Below are positions 8,618 through 16,098 of a stretch of 64,000 nucleotides of DNA, piece after piece. The position numbers and the translations under genes were made by a program. The notes under the pieces were generated by a model. That model was given only the letters and a program-made list of their open reading frames with translations. It did no database searches and was not told where the DNA came from. The stretch comes from an uncultured Nitrospiraceae bacterium (GTDB lineage Bacteria; Nitrospirota; Thermodesulfovibrionia; Thermodesulfovibrionales; UBA9159), in NCBI GenBank assembly GCA_964475485.1, contig CAYYWY010000007.1, positions 15,849-79,848 of the forward strand, read 5' to 3'. Position 1 is the stretch's first letter; each line of letters opens with the position of its first letter.

Positions 8618-9289
8618 ATGGCAACGAAAGAAAAAGAGCAGGAGATAATCAAGAGACTGCAGGATGCAGTCATCAACTACAAGGTGACGGAAGCAAAGAA
8701 GGCAGCGGAGGAAGCGGTACAGCTCGGTCTTGACGCATACAAGATGACAATGGAAGGCCTTGCAGGCGGTATGGAGGTAGTCAGCCAGAAGTTCGACTGC
8801 CACGAGTATTTCGTGCCTGAGACGCTTCTATGCGCAAAAGCGCTTTACGCCGCCCTTGATGTTTTGAAACCTCACATCAAGGTCACGGGAAATGGAGCGA
8901 GGGGGCAGGTCGTGCTTGGGGTCATGCAGGGAGATGTCCATGACCTCGGGAAAAACCTCATTAAGGCGATATTCGAGGCAGCAGGATGGACGGTCCATGA
9001 CCTTGGCAGGGACGTCCCGCTGCAGAAATTCGTCGAAGAGCAGCTCAGAACCGATTCCGACATCGTGATGCTTTCCGCAATGATGACGACCTCGATGGTC
9101 GGTATCAAGAAACTGATCCCGATGATAAAGGAGAAGAACCCGAAGGTAAAGATCATGATTGGGGGGGCTCCCATCACCGAGAAGACTGTTGAAGAGTATG
9201 GAGCGGATACCACGGCCGACAACGCGCCCAACGCCCTTCGCGAGGCGATGAAGATGCTCGAGACGCTGAAGAGAGGAAAGGCGGCATAA
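8618..9289 (+). CDS. Corrinoid (B12-binding) protein, MtaC/MtbC-like
   Basis: N-terminal helical cap followed by a B12-binding Rossmann domain. Has the DxHxxG motif 'GDVHDLGKN', plus 'LSAMMTTSM' and 'IMIGGAP'. Confidence 0.9.
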   Translation: MATKEKEQEIIKRLQDAVINYKVTEAKKAAEEAVQLGLDAYKMTMEGLAGGMEVVSQKFDCHEYFVPETLLCAKALYAALDVLKPHIKVTGNGARGQVVLGVMQGDVHDLGKNLIKAIFEAAGWTVHDLGRDVPLQKFVEEQLRTDSDIVMLSAMMTTSMVGIKKLIPMIKEKNPKVKIMIGGAPITEKTVEEYGADTTADNAPNALREAMKMLETLKRGKAA

Positions 9290-9459
9290 GGTTTCTCCCG
9301 CCTGTGGGATGCTGATGCGGCAACTCCGAAGGTGCCGCATGAATATGGCCCTGCTCACGCACTCTTGCAGGGCTGTATTCGTCATCCAGTCTGCATCGAA
9401 GGGTCTTATTGAGCGGACGCAGAATGAGGAGAGCCCCGAAAAGGAGGATTTAAAACGAT

Positions 9460-11412
9460 ATGGAGCACACGATTATTTTTCAGCCTTCCGGCAGGCGAGG
9501 CAAGGTGCCTGAAGGCACCACGATCCTCGATGCCGCCCGAAGGCTGGGGGTAGGCATCGAAGCCGTTTGCGGTGAGCAGCTTGTCTGCGGGAAATGCCGC
9601 GTCAAGGTGATGGAAGGGTCGTTTCCGAAAGAGGGCATTACCTCGCACATAGATCACCTGAGCGACCTAGACGAGAAAGAGATCAGGGTCTTAAAGCGTA
9701 AGGATTCGGAAGAACACATACGCCTAGCCTGTTCCAGCCGGATAAAAGGGGATGTGCTTGTGTTCGTGCCCGAGGCAAGCCGTACAGGCAAGCAGGTAGT
9801 GAGCAAGGCAGCCGGCAAGATCAATGTAAGGGTGAAACCGGCGGTAAAGAAGTACTATGTTGAACTCCCGCAGCCTTTGTTGGACGACCCGGAAGGTGAT
9901 TTCGAGCGCCTTGAGCGCGTGCTTGCCGCGAAGCACGGCCTCAAGAAACTCTCGATAGACTACAGGGCTCTGCAGGAACTGCCCGATGTGCTCAGAAAAG
10001 GGGACTGGAAGGTGACCGTGACGGTTTGGCAGAACACCGAGGTTATCAGGGTGGAGCCAGGCGAGGTCGAGACGAACATAGGCCTTGCCGTTGATGTCGG
10101 GACGACTACCGTGGCAGGATATCTCACCGATCTCAACACCGGCGAGGTTCTGGTTACCGAGTCGATGATGAACCCACAGGTGCGTTACGGCGAGGATGTT
10201 ATGTCCCGTATCACCTATTGCATGATGAACGAGGGATCGGGCTTAAGAGAACTGCGGCAAAGCATAGTAGAGGGTTTGAATACGATTGCAAAACAGGCGG
10301 CTCACAAAGCCGGGCATTCGCCGGAGGACATCAGCGAGATGACCCTTGTCGGAAATACCGCAATGCACCACATCCTGCTCGGGATTAACCCCGAATACAT
10401 GGGAGTGGCGCCCTTCACTCCTGCCCTGCACCAGTCGATGGACATCAAGGCCGAGCGTTTCGGGATCGGGATCCTCCCGGCAGGCAATATCCATGTGCTT
10501 CCGATAGAGGCAGGCTTTGTCGGCGCCGATAACGTGGGTTGCCTCATAGCGGACGAACCCCATAAACGGAAGGAGATAACACTTTTGATTGATATAGGTA
10601 CCAATGGAGAGCTTGTCCTCGGAAACAGGGAGAAGCTTATCTCCTGTTCCTGTGCTACGGGCCCTGCCCTTGAGGGGGCACAAATAGAATTCGGAATGCG
10701 AGCCGCGCCTGGCGCCATAGAAAGGGTAAGGATAGACCCGGTCACTCTGGAGCCTATCTATAAAGTAATAGGGAACGACCGGTGGAGCGACGGCGAGATG
10801 AACATGCAGGCAAAGGGAATCTGCGGTTCCGCCATCATCGATGTCATAGCTGAGATGTTCAAGGCCGGGATACTGAAGAAGAACGGACAGATCAACATGG
10901 AGCCGAAGTCGCCGCGGTTGAGGAAGGGCAATAAGGGAATGAACGAGTACGTACTTGCATGGAGACACGAGACGTCAATCGATCAGGACATCGTTGTGAA
11001 TCAGAAGGATGTACGCGCCATACAGCTTGCCAAGGGGGCCCTTTATTCGGGCTGCCTCATCATGATGCGCAAGCTCGGCATTAAGGAATTCGACAGGTTG
11101 GCTGTGGCGGGCGCCTTCGGAAGCCACATAGACAAGGTCGAGGCCATGGTGATCGGGATGTTCCCGGACTGCGATCTGAAGAAGGTGAAGTACATCGGCA
11201 ATGCGGCCGGTGACGGGGCCCGCATCGCGCTTCTCAATGTGGACAAGAGGAAAGAGGCCAATGTGATTGCGAGGAAGGTGGAGTATGTGGAACTCGCCCT
11301 TGAAGAGGACTTCAATGATCGCTTCGGAGAAGCGATGCAGTTTCCCCATATGTTTGATGAGTTTCCGCACCTTGAAGGTATCTTGCCTTCTGAGACTGTG
11401 AGTGCGGATTAG
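9460..11412 (+). CDS. Corrinoid activation protein (RACE/RamA-like): 2Fe-2S ferredoxin domain fused to an ASKHA ATPase domain
   Basis: N-terminus 'IIFQPSGRRG..CGEQLVCGKCRVKV'. ASKHA motifs 'LAVDVGTTTVAGYL' and 'IDIGTNGELVLG'. 650 aa. Confidence 0.9.
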   Translation: MEHTIIFQPSGRRGKVPEGTTILDAARRLGVGIEAVCGEQLVCGKCRVKVMEGSFPKEGITSHIDHLSDLDEKEIRVLKRKDSEEHIRLACSSRIKGDVLVFVPEASRTGKQVVSKAAGKINVRVKPAVKKYYVELPQPLLDDPEGDFERLERVLAAKHGLKKLSIDYRALQELPDVLRKGDWKVTVTVWQNTEVIRVEPGEVETNIGLAVDVGTTTVAGYLTDLNTGEVLVTESMMNPQVRYGEDVMSRITYCMMNEGSGLRELRQSIVEGLNTIAKQAAHKAGHSPEDISEMTLVGNTAMHHILLGINPEYMGVAPFTPALHQSMDIKAERFGIGILPAGNIHVLPIEAGFVGADNVGCLIADEPHKRKEITLLIDIGTNGELVLGNREKLISCSCATGPALEGAQIEFGMRAAPGAIERVRIDPVTLEPIYKVIGNDRWSDGEMNMQAKGICGSAIIDVIAEMFKAGILKKNGQINMEPKSPRLRKGNKGMNEYVLAWRHETSIDQDIVVNQKDVRAIQLAKGALYSGCLIMMRKLGIKEFDRLAVAGAFGSHIDKVEAMVIGMFPDCDLKKVKYIGNAAGDGARIALLNVDKRKEANVIARKVEYVELALEEDFNDRFGEAMQFPHMFDEFPHLEGILPSETVSAD

Positions 11413-11459
11413 ATTGGATTGCACAGCCGCCGAGCGCGGTCGTGGGAAAGGAGAGGAAC

Positions 11460-11654
11460 ATGAAAGTGAAGTATGTCGGAGAAACCAAAGAAGTCAAAAC
11501 TATAAGCGGCAAGGATGCGAAGTTGGAAAAAGGCATGGAGCTTGACTGCATGGAGAAGGAGTATCACTCAGCCACGACAGTGAGAGCGATCCTGGCATCG
11601 GGCGAGCATGTGAAGGTCAGGAGGAACGAACTGCAGAAGGTCGAAGTGTGCTGA
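11460..11654 (+). CDS. Hypothetical small protein (64 aa)
   Basis: ATG at 11460 preceded by 'gggaaaggagagg'. No recognisable motif. Confidence 0.4.
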   Translation: MKVKYVGETKEVKTISGKDAKLEKGMELDCMEKEYHSATTVRAILASGEHVKVRRNELQKVEVC

Positions 11655-11769
11655 CGGTTCGTCCCGGGATTTTCGTCTTGGGAATTGAACGGCAACATCC
11701 GGGCTCAACGGCCTCTGCGTCGCCTCTTTTGGATGGTGTTGACGGGAAGTGCACGGGGAGCGAGGGACT

Positions 11770-12015
11770 ATGAAACTGTCGATAGAATATTGCGGAACCT
11801 GCAATTACAGACCGATTGCCGCCAGTTTGGCCATGGCTATAGAGAAGGCAATCAACATAAAAGCGGTTCTTGTACATTCCCGGGATATGGGTGCTCTTGA
11901 AGTAAGGGCAGACGGTGAGCTTATCTTTTCAAAAAAGGAGTCCGGGATTTTCCCCGATCATTCGGAGATCGTCGAGATGTTGAGAGCCCGGGAAATGATC
12001 AAGGCAAAGAAATGA
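11770..12015 (+). CDS. Rdx (SelW/SelT-like) thioredoxin-fold protein with a CxxC motif
   Basis: 'MKLSIEYCGTCNYRPIA' is the typical Rdx N-terminus. I prefer the ATG at 11770, preceded by 'ggggagcgaggga', over the ORF-track start at 11749. Confidence 0.6.
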   Translation: MKLSIEYCGTCNYRPIAASLAMAIEKAINIKAVLVHSRDMGALEVRADGELIFSKKESGIFPDHSEIVEMLRAREMIKAKK

Positions 12016-12016
12016 C

Positions 12017-12045
12017 TTGACAGGTAAATGATTTCATTATATATG
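12017..12045 (+). promoter_or_regulatory. Possible sigma-70-type promoter for the riboswitch-btuFCD transcript
   Basis: TTGACA at 12017-12022, a 17-nt spacer, then TATATG in an AT-rich stretch directly upstream of the riboswitch. Confidence 0.35.
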
Positions 12046-12049
12046 ATAA

Positions 12050-12240
12050 TAGTGACAAGGTGCCGGGAGGCTTAATAGGGAATCCCGTGAAGGTGAAAGC
12101 CGATTCGGGAGCGGTCCCGCCGCTGTGAACGGGGACAAAAGTCGACTTAGCCACTTTTCCGACTATCGGGATGGGAAGGCCGGCAAGTAGGATGATCCGT
12201 GAGCCAGAAGACCTGCCTGTAAACGACAGTGAGTGGCGTG
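12050..12240 (+). promoter_or_regulatory. Cobalamin riboswitch 1
   Basis: Core 'AATAGGGAATCCCGTGAAGGTGAAAGCC..GGTCCCGCCGCTGTGAACGGGGAC', 'GCCACT..GGGAAGGCCGG', and B12 box 'GAGCCAGAAGACCTGCC' (12201-12217). Lies upstream of a B12 ABC importer. Confidence 0.85.
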
Positions 12241-12339
12241 CTGTGATCAGCGAGCAGTCCTGAACAGCAATTACTGACACTGAAGCACTGTAAGGCTTCC
12301 CGAGGAGGAAGCGGAGGATGAAGTAAATCAGGGTGCAAT

Positions 12340-12376
12340 CCTCAGGGCAAAGGTGCCCTGAGGATTTTTGTTTTTG
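12340..12376 (+). terminator. Intrinsic terminator acting as the expression platform of riboswitch 1
   Basis: 9-bp stem CCTCAGGGC/GCCCTGAGG followed by 'ATTTTTGTTTTT', immediately before the btuF-like start. Confidence 0.7.
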
Positions 12377-12388
12377 GAGGTATTCCGA

Positions 12389-13237
12389 GTGAGTCTTGAC
12401 AAGAAGGACCGGATTTATGCAATTGCACTTCTCCTCTTTGTTCTATACTCTTTGCTTAGTGTTGCACATGCCTCCGAAACGCCGGGACGTATCGTCTCAC
12501 TGGCGCCGAGCATGACGGAAGTCCTATTTGCGATCGGGCTCGGGGACCATGTTGTCGGCGTCACAAATTTCTGTGACTTTCCCGAGGAAGCAAAGAAGAA
12601 ACCGAAGATAGGGGGGATGTCGACCCCATCCCTCGAGGCGGTCATTGCGCTGAAACCTGATATTGTAGTAATGACCGTGGACGGAAACCCAAAGGAGTTC
12701 GAGGAGAGAATCCGCTCCATGAATATTAAAACCTATGTCTTCAGGAGAACCCGGCTTTCGGAATTTTCTCAGGGAATAAGAGAGATGGGAGCCGCACTCG
12801 GGGTATCACAGAAGGCTGACCTGCTCGCCGGGAATATCGAAAAGACGCTTCTGAAATTCAGGACGGCAAAGCAGCCCGCCCGAAAGAAAAAGGTGCTTTT
12901 CATCGTTTGGCCTGAGCCGCTGATCGCTGCCGGACGGGGCAGCATCACTGACGACGCACTCACGCTCCTTGGAGAGAAGAACATTGCAGACGACTCGAAG
13001 ACGTCCTATCCGAAGTATTCCATCGAAGAGATCATCCGAAGGGCGCCCGACTTCATATTCATCGGCAAAGGTTCCGGTATGGAGAACATTTCCGAGGGGC
13101 TTCTGCGGCGCCTGAAGACTGTGCCCGCGGTGAAAAACGGCAAGGTCTTCTTTGTGGGCGACTACCTTTACCGGCTTACCCCCAGAACGGTTGAGGGCAT
13201 AGTGGAGCTGGCTGGCCACCTGGGACGGGAGAAATGA
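12389..13237 (+). CDS. btuF: Periplasmic cobalamin/siderophore-type ABC substrate-binding protein (BtuF-like)
   Basis: GTG at 12389, 8 nt after 'ggagg'. Signal peptide, then 'RIVSLAPSMTEVLFAIGLGDHVVGVTNFCDFP'. Riboswitch-controlled. Confidence 0.8.
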   Translation: MSLDKKDRIYAIALLLFVLYSLLSVAHASETPGRIVSLAPSMTEVLFAIGLGDHVVGVTNFCDFPEEAKKKPKIGGMSTPSLEAVIALKPDIVVMTVDGNPKEFEERIRSMNIKTYVFRRTRLSEFSQGIREMGAALGVSQKADLLAGNIEKTLLKFRTAKQPARKKKVLFIVWPEPLIAAGRGSITDDALTLLGEKNIADDSKTSYPKYSIEEIIRRAPDFIFIGKGSGMENISEGLLRRLKTVPAVKNGKVFFVGDYLYRLTPRTVEGIVELAGHLGREK

Positions 13238-14196
13238 AGACCAGACTCTTTACAGTCATCCTCATCCTGCTTGCGGTACTGGTCTCATCAGTGGTGCTCG
13301 GCCCGAAGATCATCAACCCTTTTGACATGGACGAGACATCAATTGAAATACTCCTCTTCGTAAGGGCTCCACGGAGCATCGTCGCCATGCTCATGGGGAT
13401 GGCCCTGGGAGCCTCTGGTGCTGTGCTTCAGGGGATTCTCAGAAACCCGCTCGCAGACCCTTACATACTCGGCATATCGAGCGGGGCATCTCTTTCAGCC
13501 GCTCTCGGCATACTCGGGGGGCTGACCTTTTTCGGCGCCTTCACGATTCCTCTTCTCGCGTTTTTAGGCGCAGTCGTCACAGGAGGGATGGTGGGCGTGA
13601 TGGGTTGGAAGAGGGGAGGCTTATGGCCTGAGAGGCTCCTCCTTGCAGGGGTGGGCCTTGGCTTCCTCTTCTCAGCGCTCCTCATGCTTCTGTTGAGCAT
13701 CTCATCGGACGAGGGCTTAAGAAGAGCGATCCTCTGGATATTCGGGGACCTTTCGATGTCCGAATGGGCGCGGGTACCCTACGGGATGGTCTTCGTAATG
13801 CCTGGCATTATCATATCGGTATCAAGGGCAAAGGCCTTGAATGCCCTTACTTTGGGTGACGAGTTCGCCCACAGTCTGGGTTTCACTCCACGTGTGGAGA
13901 GATTCATTCTCTTCATATCAGTGGGTCTGATGACGGCCGCTTCCGTGTCCCTCGGCGGCATGATAGGCTTTATCGGTCTGCTTGTCCCCCATATCATGCG
14001 GTTTTTCATAGGGGCGGACAGCAGGGTTCTCATCCCTGCATCCGCACTCGGGGGCGGAGCGCTCCTCTGCACAGCGGACGTTGTAAGCAGGTCCATACTG
14101 CCGCCAATGGAGCTTCCCGCAGGCATTGTTACCGCCATTCTCGGGTCTCCATACTTTCTGTACCTCTTGAGGAAAAGAAATGTTCTCGGGATGTAA
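13234..14196 (+). CDS. btuC: FecCD-family ABC permease (BtuC-like)
   Basis: 'GASGAVLQGILRNPLADPYILGISSGASL' and multiple TM segments. Start overlaps the btuF stop. Confidence 0.85.
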   Translation: MKTRLFTVILILLAVLVSSVVLGPKIINPFDMDETSIEILLFVRAPRSIVAMLMGMALGASGAVLQGILRNPLADPYILGISSGASLSAALGILGGLTFFGAFTIPLLAFLGAVVTGGMVGVMGWKRGGLWPERLLLAGVGLGFLFSALLMLLLSISSDEGLRRAILWIFGDLSMSEWARVPYGMVFVMPGIIISVSRAKALNALTLGDEFAHSLGFTPRVERFILFISVGLMTAASVSLGGMIGFIGLLVPHIMRFFIGADSRVLIPASALGGGALLCTADVVSRSILPPMELPAGIVTAILGSPYFLYLLRKRNVLGM

Positions 14197-15004
14197 CACC
14201 CCCATACTTCAGCTTGACCGGGTCAGTTTTTCCTATGGCAAGCAAGCTGCCTTTATAAGCGACCTGTCCTTAACTGTCGGAGAAGGAGAATTCATCGGCC
14301 TTCTGGGCGCCAACGGCTCCGGAAAATCAACAATCCTCAAGCTCGGAAGCGGCATCCTAAGGCCGTCATCAGGAACTGTGACGCTTTGGGGCAGGCCACT
14401 CCATGCTTACAATAACAGGGACAGGGCAAAACTTATAAGCTACCTGCCCCAGAGCCTCGATGTCACCGTGCCTTTTACCATCAGGGAGCTCGTGAGCATG
14501 GGCCTTTATCCCTATGACATTCCCCCTGCGATGACTCCTGAGGATGCCCTTGAAATGGTCGGGCTTAAAGAAAGGGCCGACGCCCGTCTTTCCGACCTCA
14601 GCGGAGGCGAGCGGAGAAGGACATTTGTCGCTATGACCCTGCTTCAGGGGGCCGGTCTTCTCCTACTGGATGAGCCGCTCGCAAATCTCGACATTCGCTA
14701 TCAGATAGAACTGGTAAAACTCCTGAGGAGTCTCAGGCGGGAAAGGAACATCTCTGTTGTGATGGCGCTTCATGATATCAATATCGCGCTCCAGTTTGAA
14801 AAGGTGGTTGTCATCAAGGACGGAGCTATACTCGGAGCCGGTGCGACGTCCGATGTCCTTACCGAGAGGCTGATAGAGAATGCCTTTGATGTTGATGTGG
14901 AAGTATTCACTCATCCGTACGGCAAGGCTTACGTGAGCTTTGAAAGCAGTTTCTTTCCGCAGGGGACGGAAAGGGCGGAAAGGAACGCGGAGAAGAGGGT
15001 ATGA
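14180..15004 (+). CDS. btuD: ABC ATP-binding protein (BtuD/FepC-like)
   Basis: Walker A 'GANGSGKST', signature 'LSGGERRR', Walker B 'LLLDEP'. Confidence 0.85.
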   Translation: MFSGCNTPILQLDRVSFSYGKQAAFISDLSLTVGEGEFIGLLGANGSGKSTILKLGSGILRPSSGTVTLWGRPLHAYNNRDRAKLISYLPQSLDVTVPFTIRELVSMGLYPYDIPPAMTPEDALEMVGLKERADARLSDLSGGERRRTFVAMTLLQGAGLLLLDEPLANLDIRYQIELVKLLRSLRRERNISVVMALHDINIALQFEKVVVIKDGAILGAGATSDVLTERLIENAFDVDVEVFTHPYGKAYVSFESSFFPQGTERAERNAEKRV

Positions 15005-15711
15005 CGACCACTCTTTATTTGATCAGGCACGGAGAGACAGAATGGAGCGGTGCAAGACGCTATTGCGGGAGCATCGATGTGCCCCTCAATGAGAAGGGGA
15101 TGGACCAGATGAGGAGAGCCGCCCTTTTCGTGAGAGAGCATCTGAAAACTTCGACTTTGTCAAAATACTCAAGCTATTTAAGGGACCTCAATAGCAAGGA
15201 AAGGGCGAGCTCGGAAAGCGCTGGTCTTCCGGAGTTCCCGGAGCCGGTCTTGTCCGCGGTCTATTCTTCAGATCTGCGGAGAGCCTTTAAGAGTGCGGAG
15301 ATCGTGGCCGGGTGCCACGGTTTACAGGCCGTTGCGGTACCGGATCTGAGGGAACGGAGCTTCGGTGTCTGGGAGGGCATGACGTTTACTGAAATAAGAG
15401 AGAGGTATCCTTCGGAGTTCGAGTCCTGGGCCGGCAACCCTCTGAAGTATCATCCCGTGGGCGGAGAGAGCACCCATGAGGTGCGGGACAGGGTCGTTCC
15501 GGCGATTGAGGGGACACTGCAGGGGCACTCAGGCAAGAACATCGCAGTGGTTGCCCACGGAGGAGTGAACAGGATAATCCTCTGCCACTTCCTAGGGATG
15601 CCGTTGAAGCACATCTTCAGGATCGAGCAGGACCACGGCGCTGTGAACATCATCGAATTTTGGGAGAGATATCCTGTCGTGAAACTCATAAACGGAGTAC
15701 CGTATGATTAG
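15001..15711 (+). CDS. cobC: Histidine-phosphatase family protein, probably alpha-ribazole phosphatase CobC, with a low-complexity insertion
   Basis: 'LYLIRHGETEWS' (RHG motif), 'SSDLRRA', 'VVAHGG'. Last gene of the btuFCD operon. Confidence 0.7.
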   Translation: MTTTLYLIRHGETEWSGARRYCGSIDVPLNEKGMDQMRRAALFVREHLKTSTLSKYSSYLRDLNSKERASSESAGLPEFPEPVLSAVYSSDLRRAFKSAEIVAGCHGLQAVAVPDLRERSFGVWEGMTFTEIRERYPSEFESWAGNPLKYHPVGGESTHEVRDRVVPAIEGTLQGHSGKNIAVVAHGGVNRIILCHFLGMPLKHIFRIEQDHGAVNIIEFWERYPVVKLINGVPYD

Positions 15712-15744
15712 CCGTTAATACACCTGCTTTCAGCAGGAAAAGAG

Positions 15745-15950
15745 GGGTATACAAGGGGAATCCCGTAGATCCGGGAACTGCCCCGCAACTGTGAAGGGAA
15801 CGAAAGCCATATAAGCTCGTGGCTCATGGTTAACAGCTCATAGTCTGTGAACTGAGACCTGCGAGCTTCGAGCCAAAGAGGCCACTCGGCTTTAAAAGCC
15901 GGGGAAGGCGGGCAAGTAGGTAGATGCCCTGAGTCAGGAAACCCTGGATA
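15745..15950 (+). promoter_or_regulatory. Cobalamin riboswitch 2, with an enlarged variable region
   Basis: 'AAGGGGAATCCCGTAGATCCGGGAACTGCCCCGCAACTGTGAAGGGAACG', 'GCCACTCGG..CCGGGGAAGGCGG', and B12-box-like 'GAGTCAGGAAACCCTGGA' (15931-15948). Lies upstream of the btuB-like receptor. Confidence 0.8.
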
Positions 15951-16098
15951 CCTCGGAAACGTTATCCTTCGAGGGAAAAGGAGGTTTGCTATGAGACGGA
16001 ATACATGATAGCCGGAAATCAGTCCATACCTTAGCGGATCCGCCTAGGCGGACAGTCAAGGGTCAATAATTGAAAATGATCAAAAAGGAGAAAGGGTT

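Noticed and set aside
9315-9340. Perfect 8-bp hairpin ATGCGGCA/TGCCGCAT between the corrinoid-protein and RACE genes.
   Set aside because: It has no U-tract, so I did not call it a terminator. It may be an intercistronic RNA element, but there is no further support.
10243-10968. 241-aa minus-strand ORF.
   Set aside because: It is antisense within the RACE activase gene and is a shadow ORF.
15723-15737. Hairpin CCTGCT-TTC-AGCAGG right after the cobC stop.
   Set aside because: It is followed by an A-run rather than a T-run on the plus strand. It is probably part of the riboswitch-2 5' flank and not a terminator.
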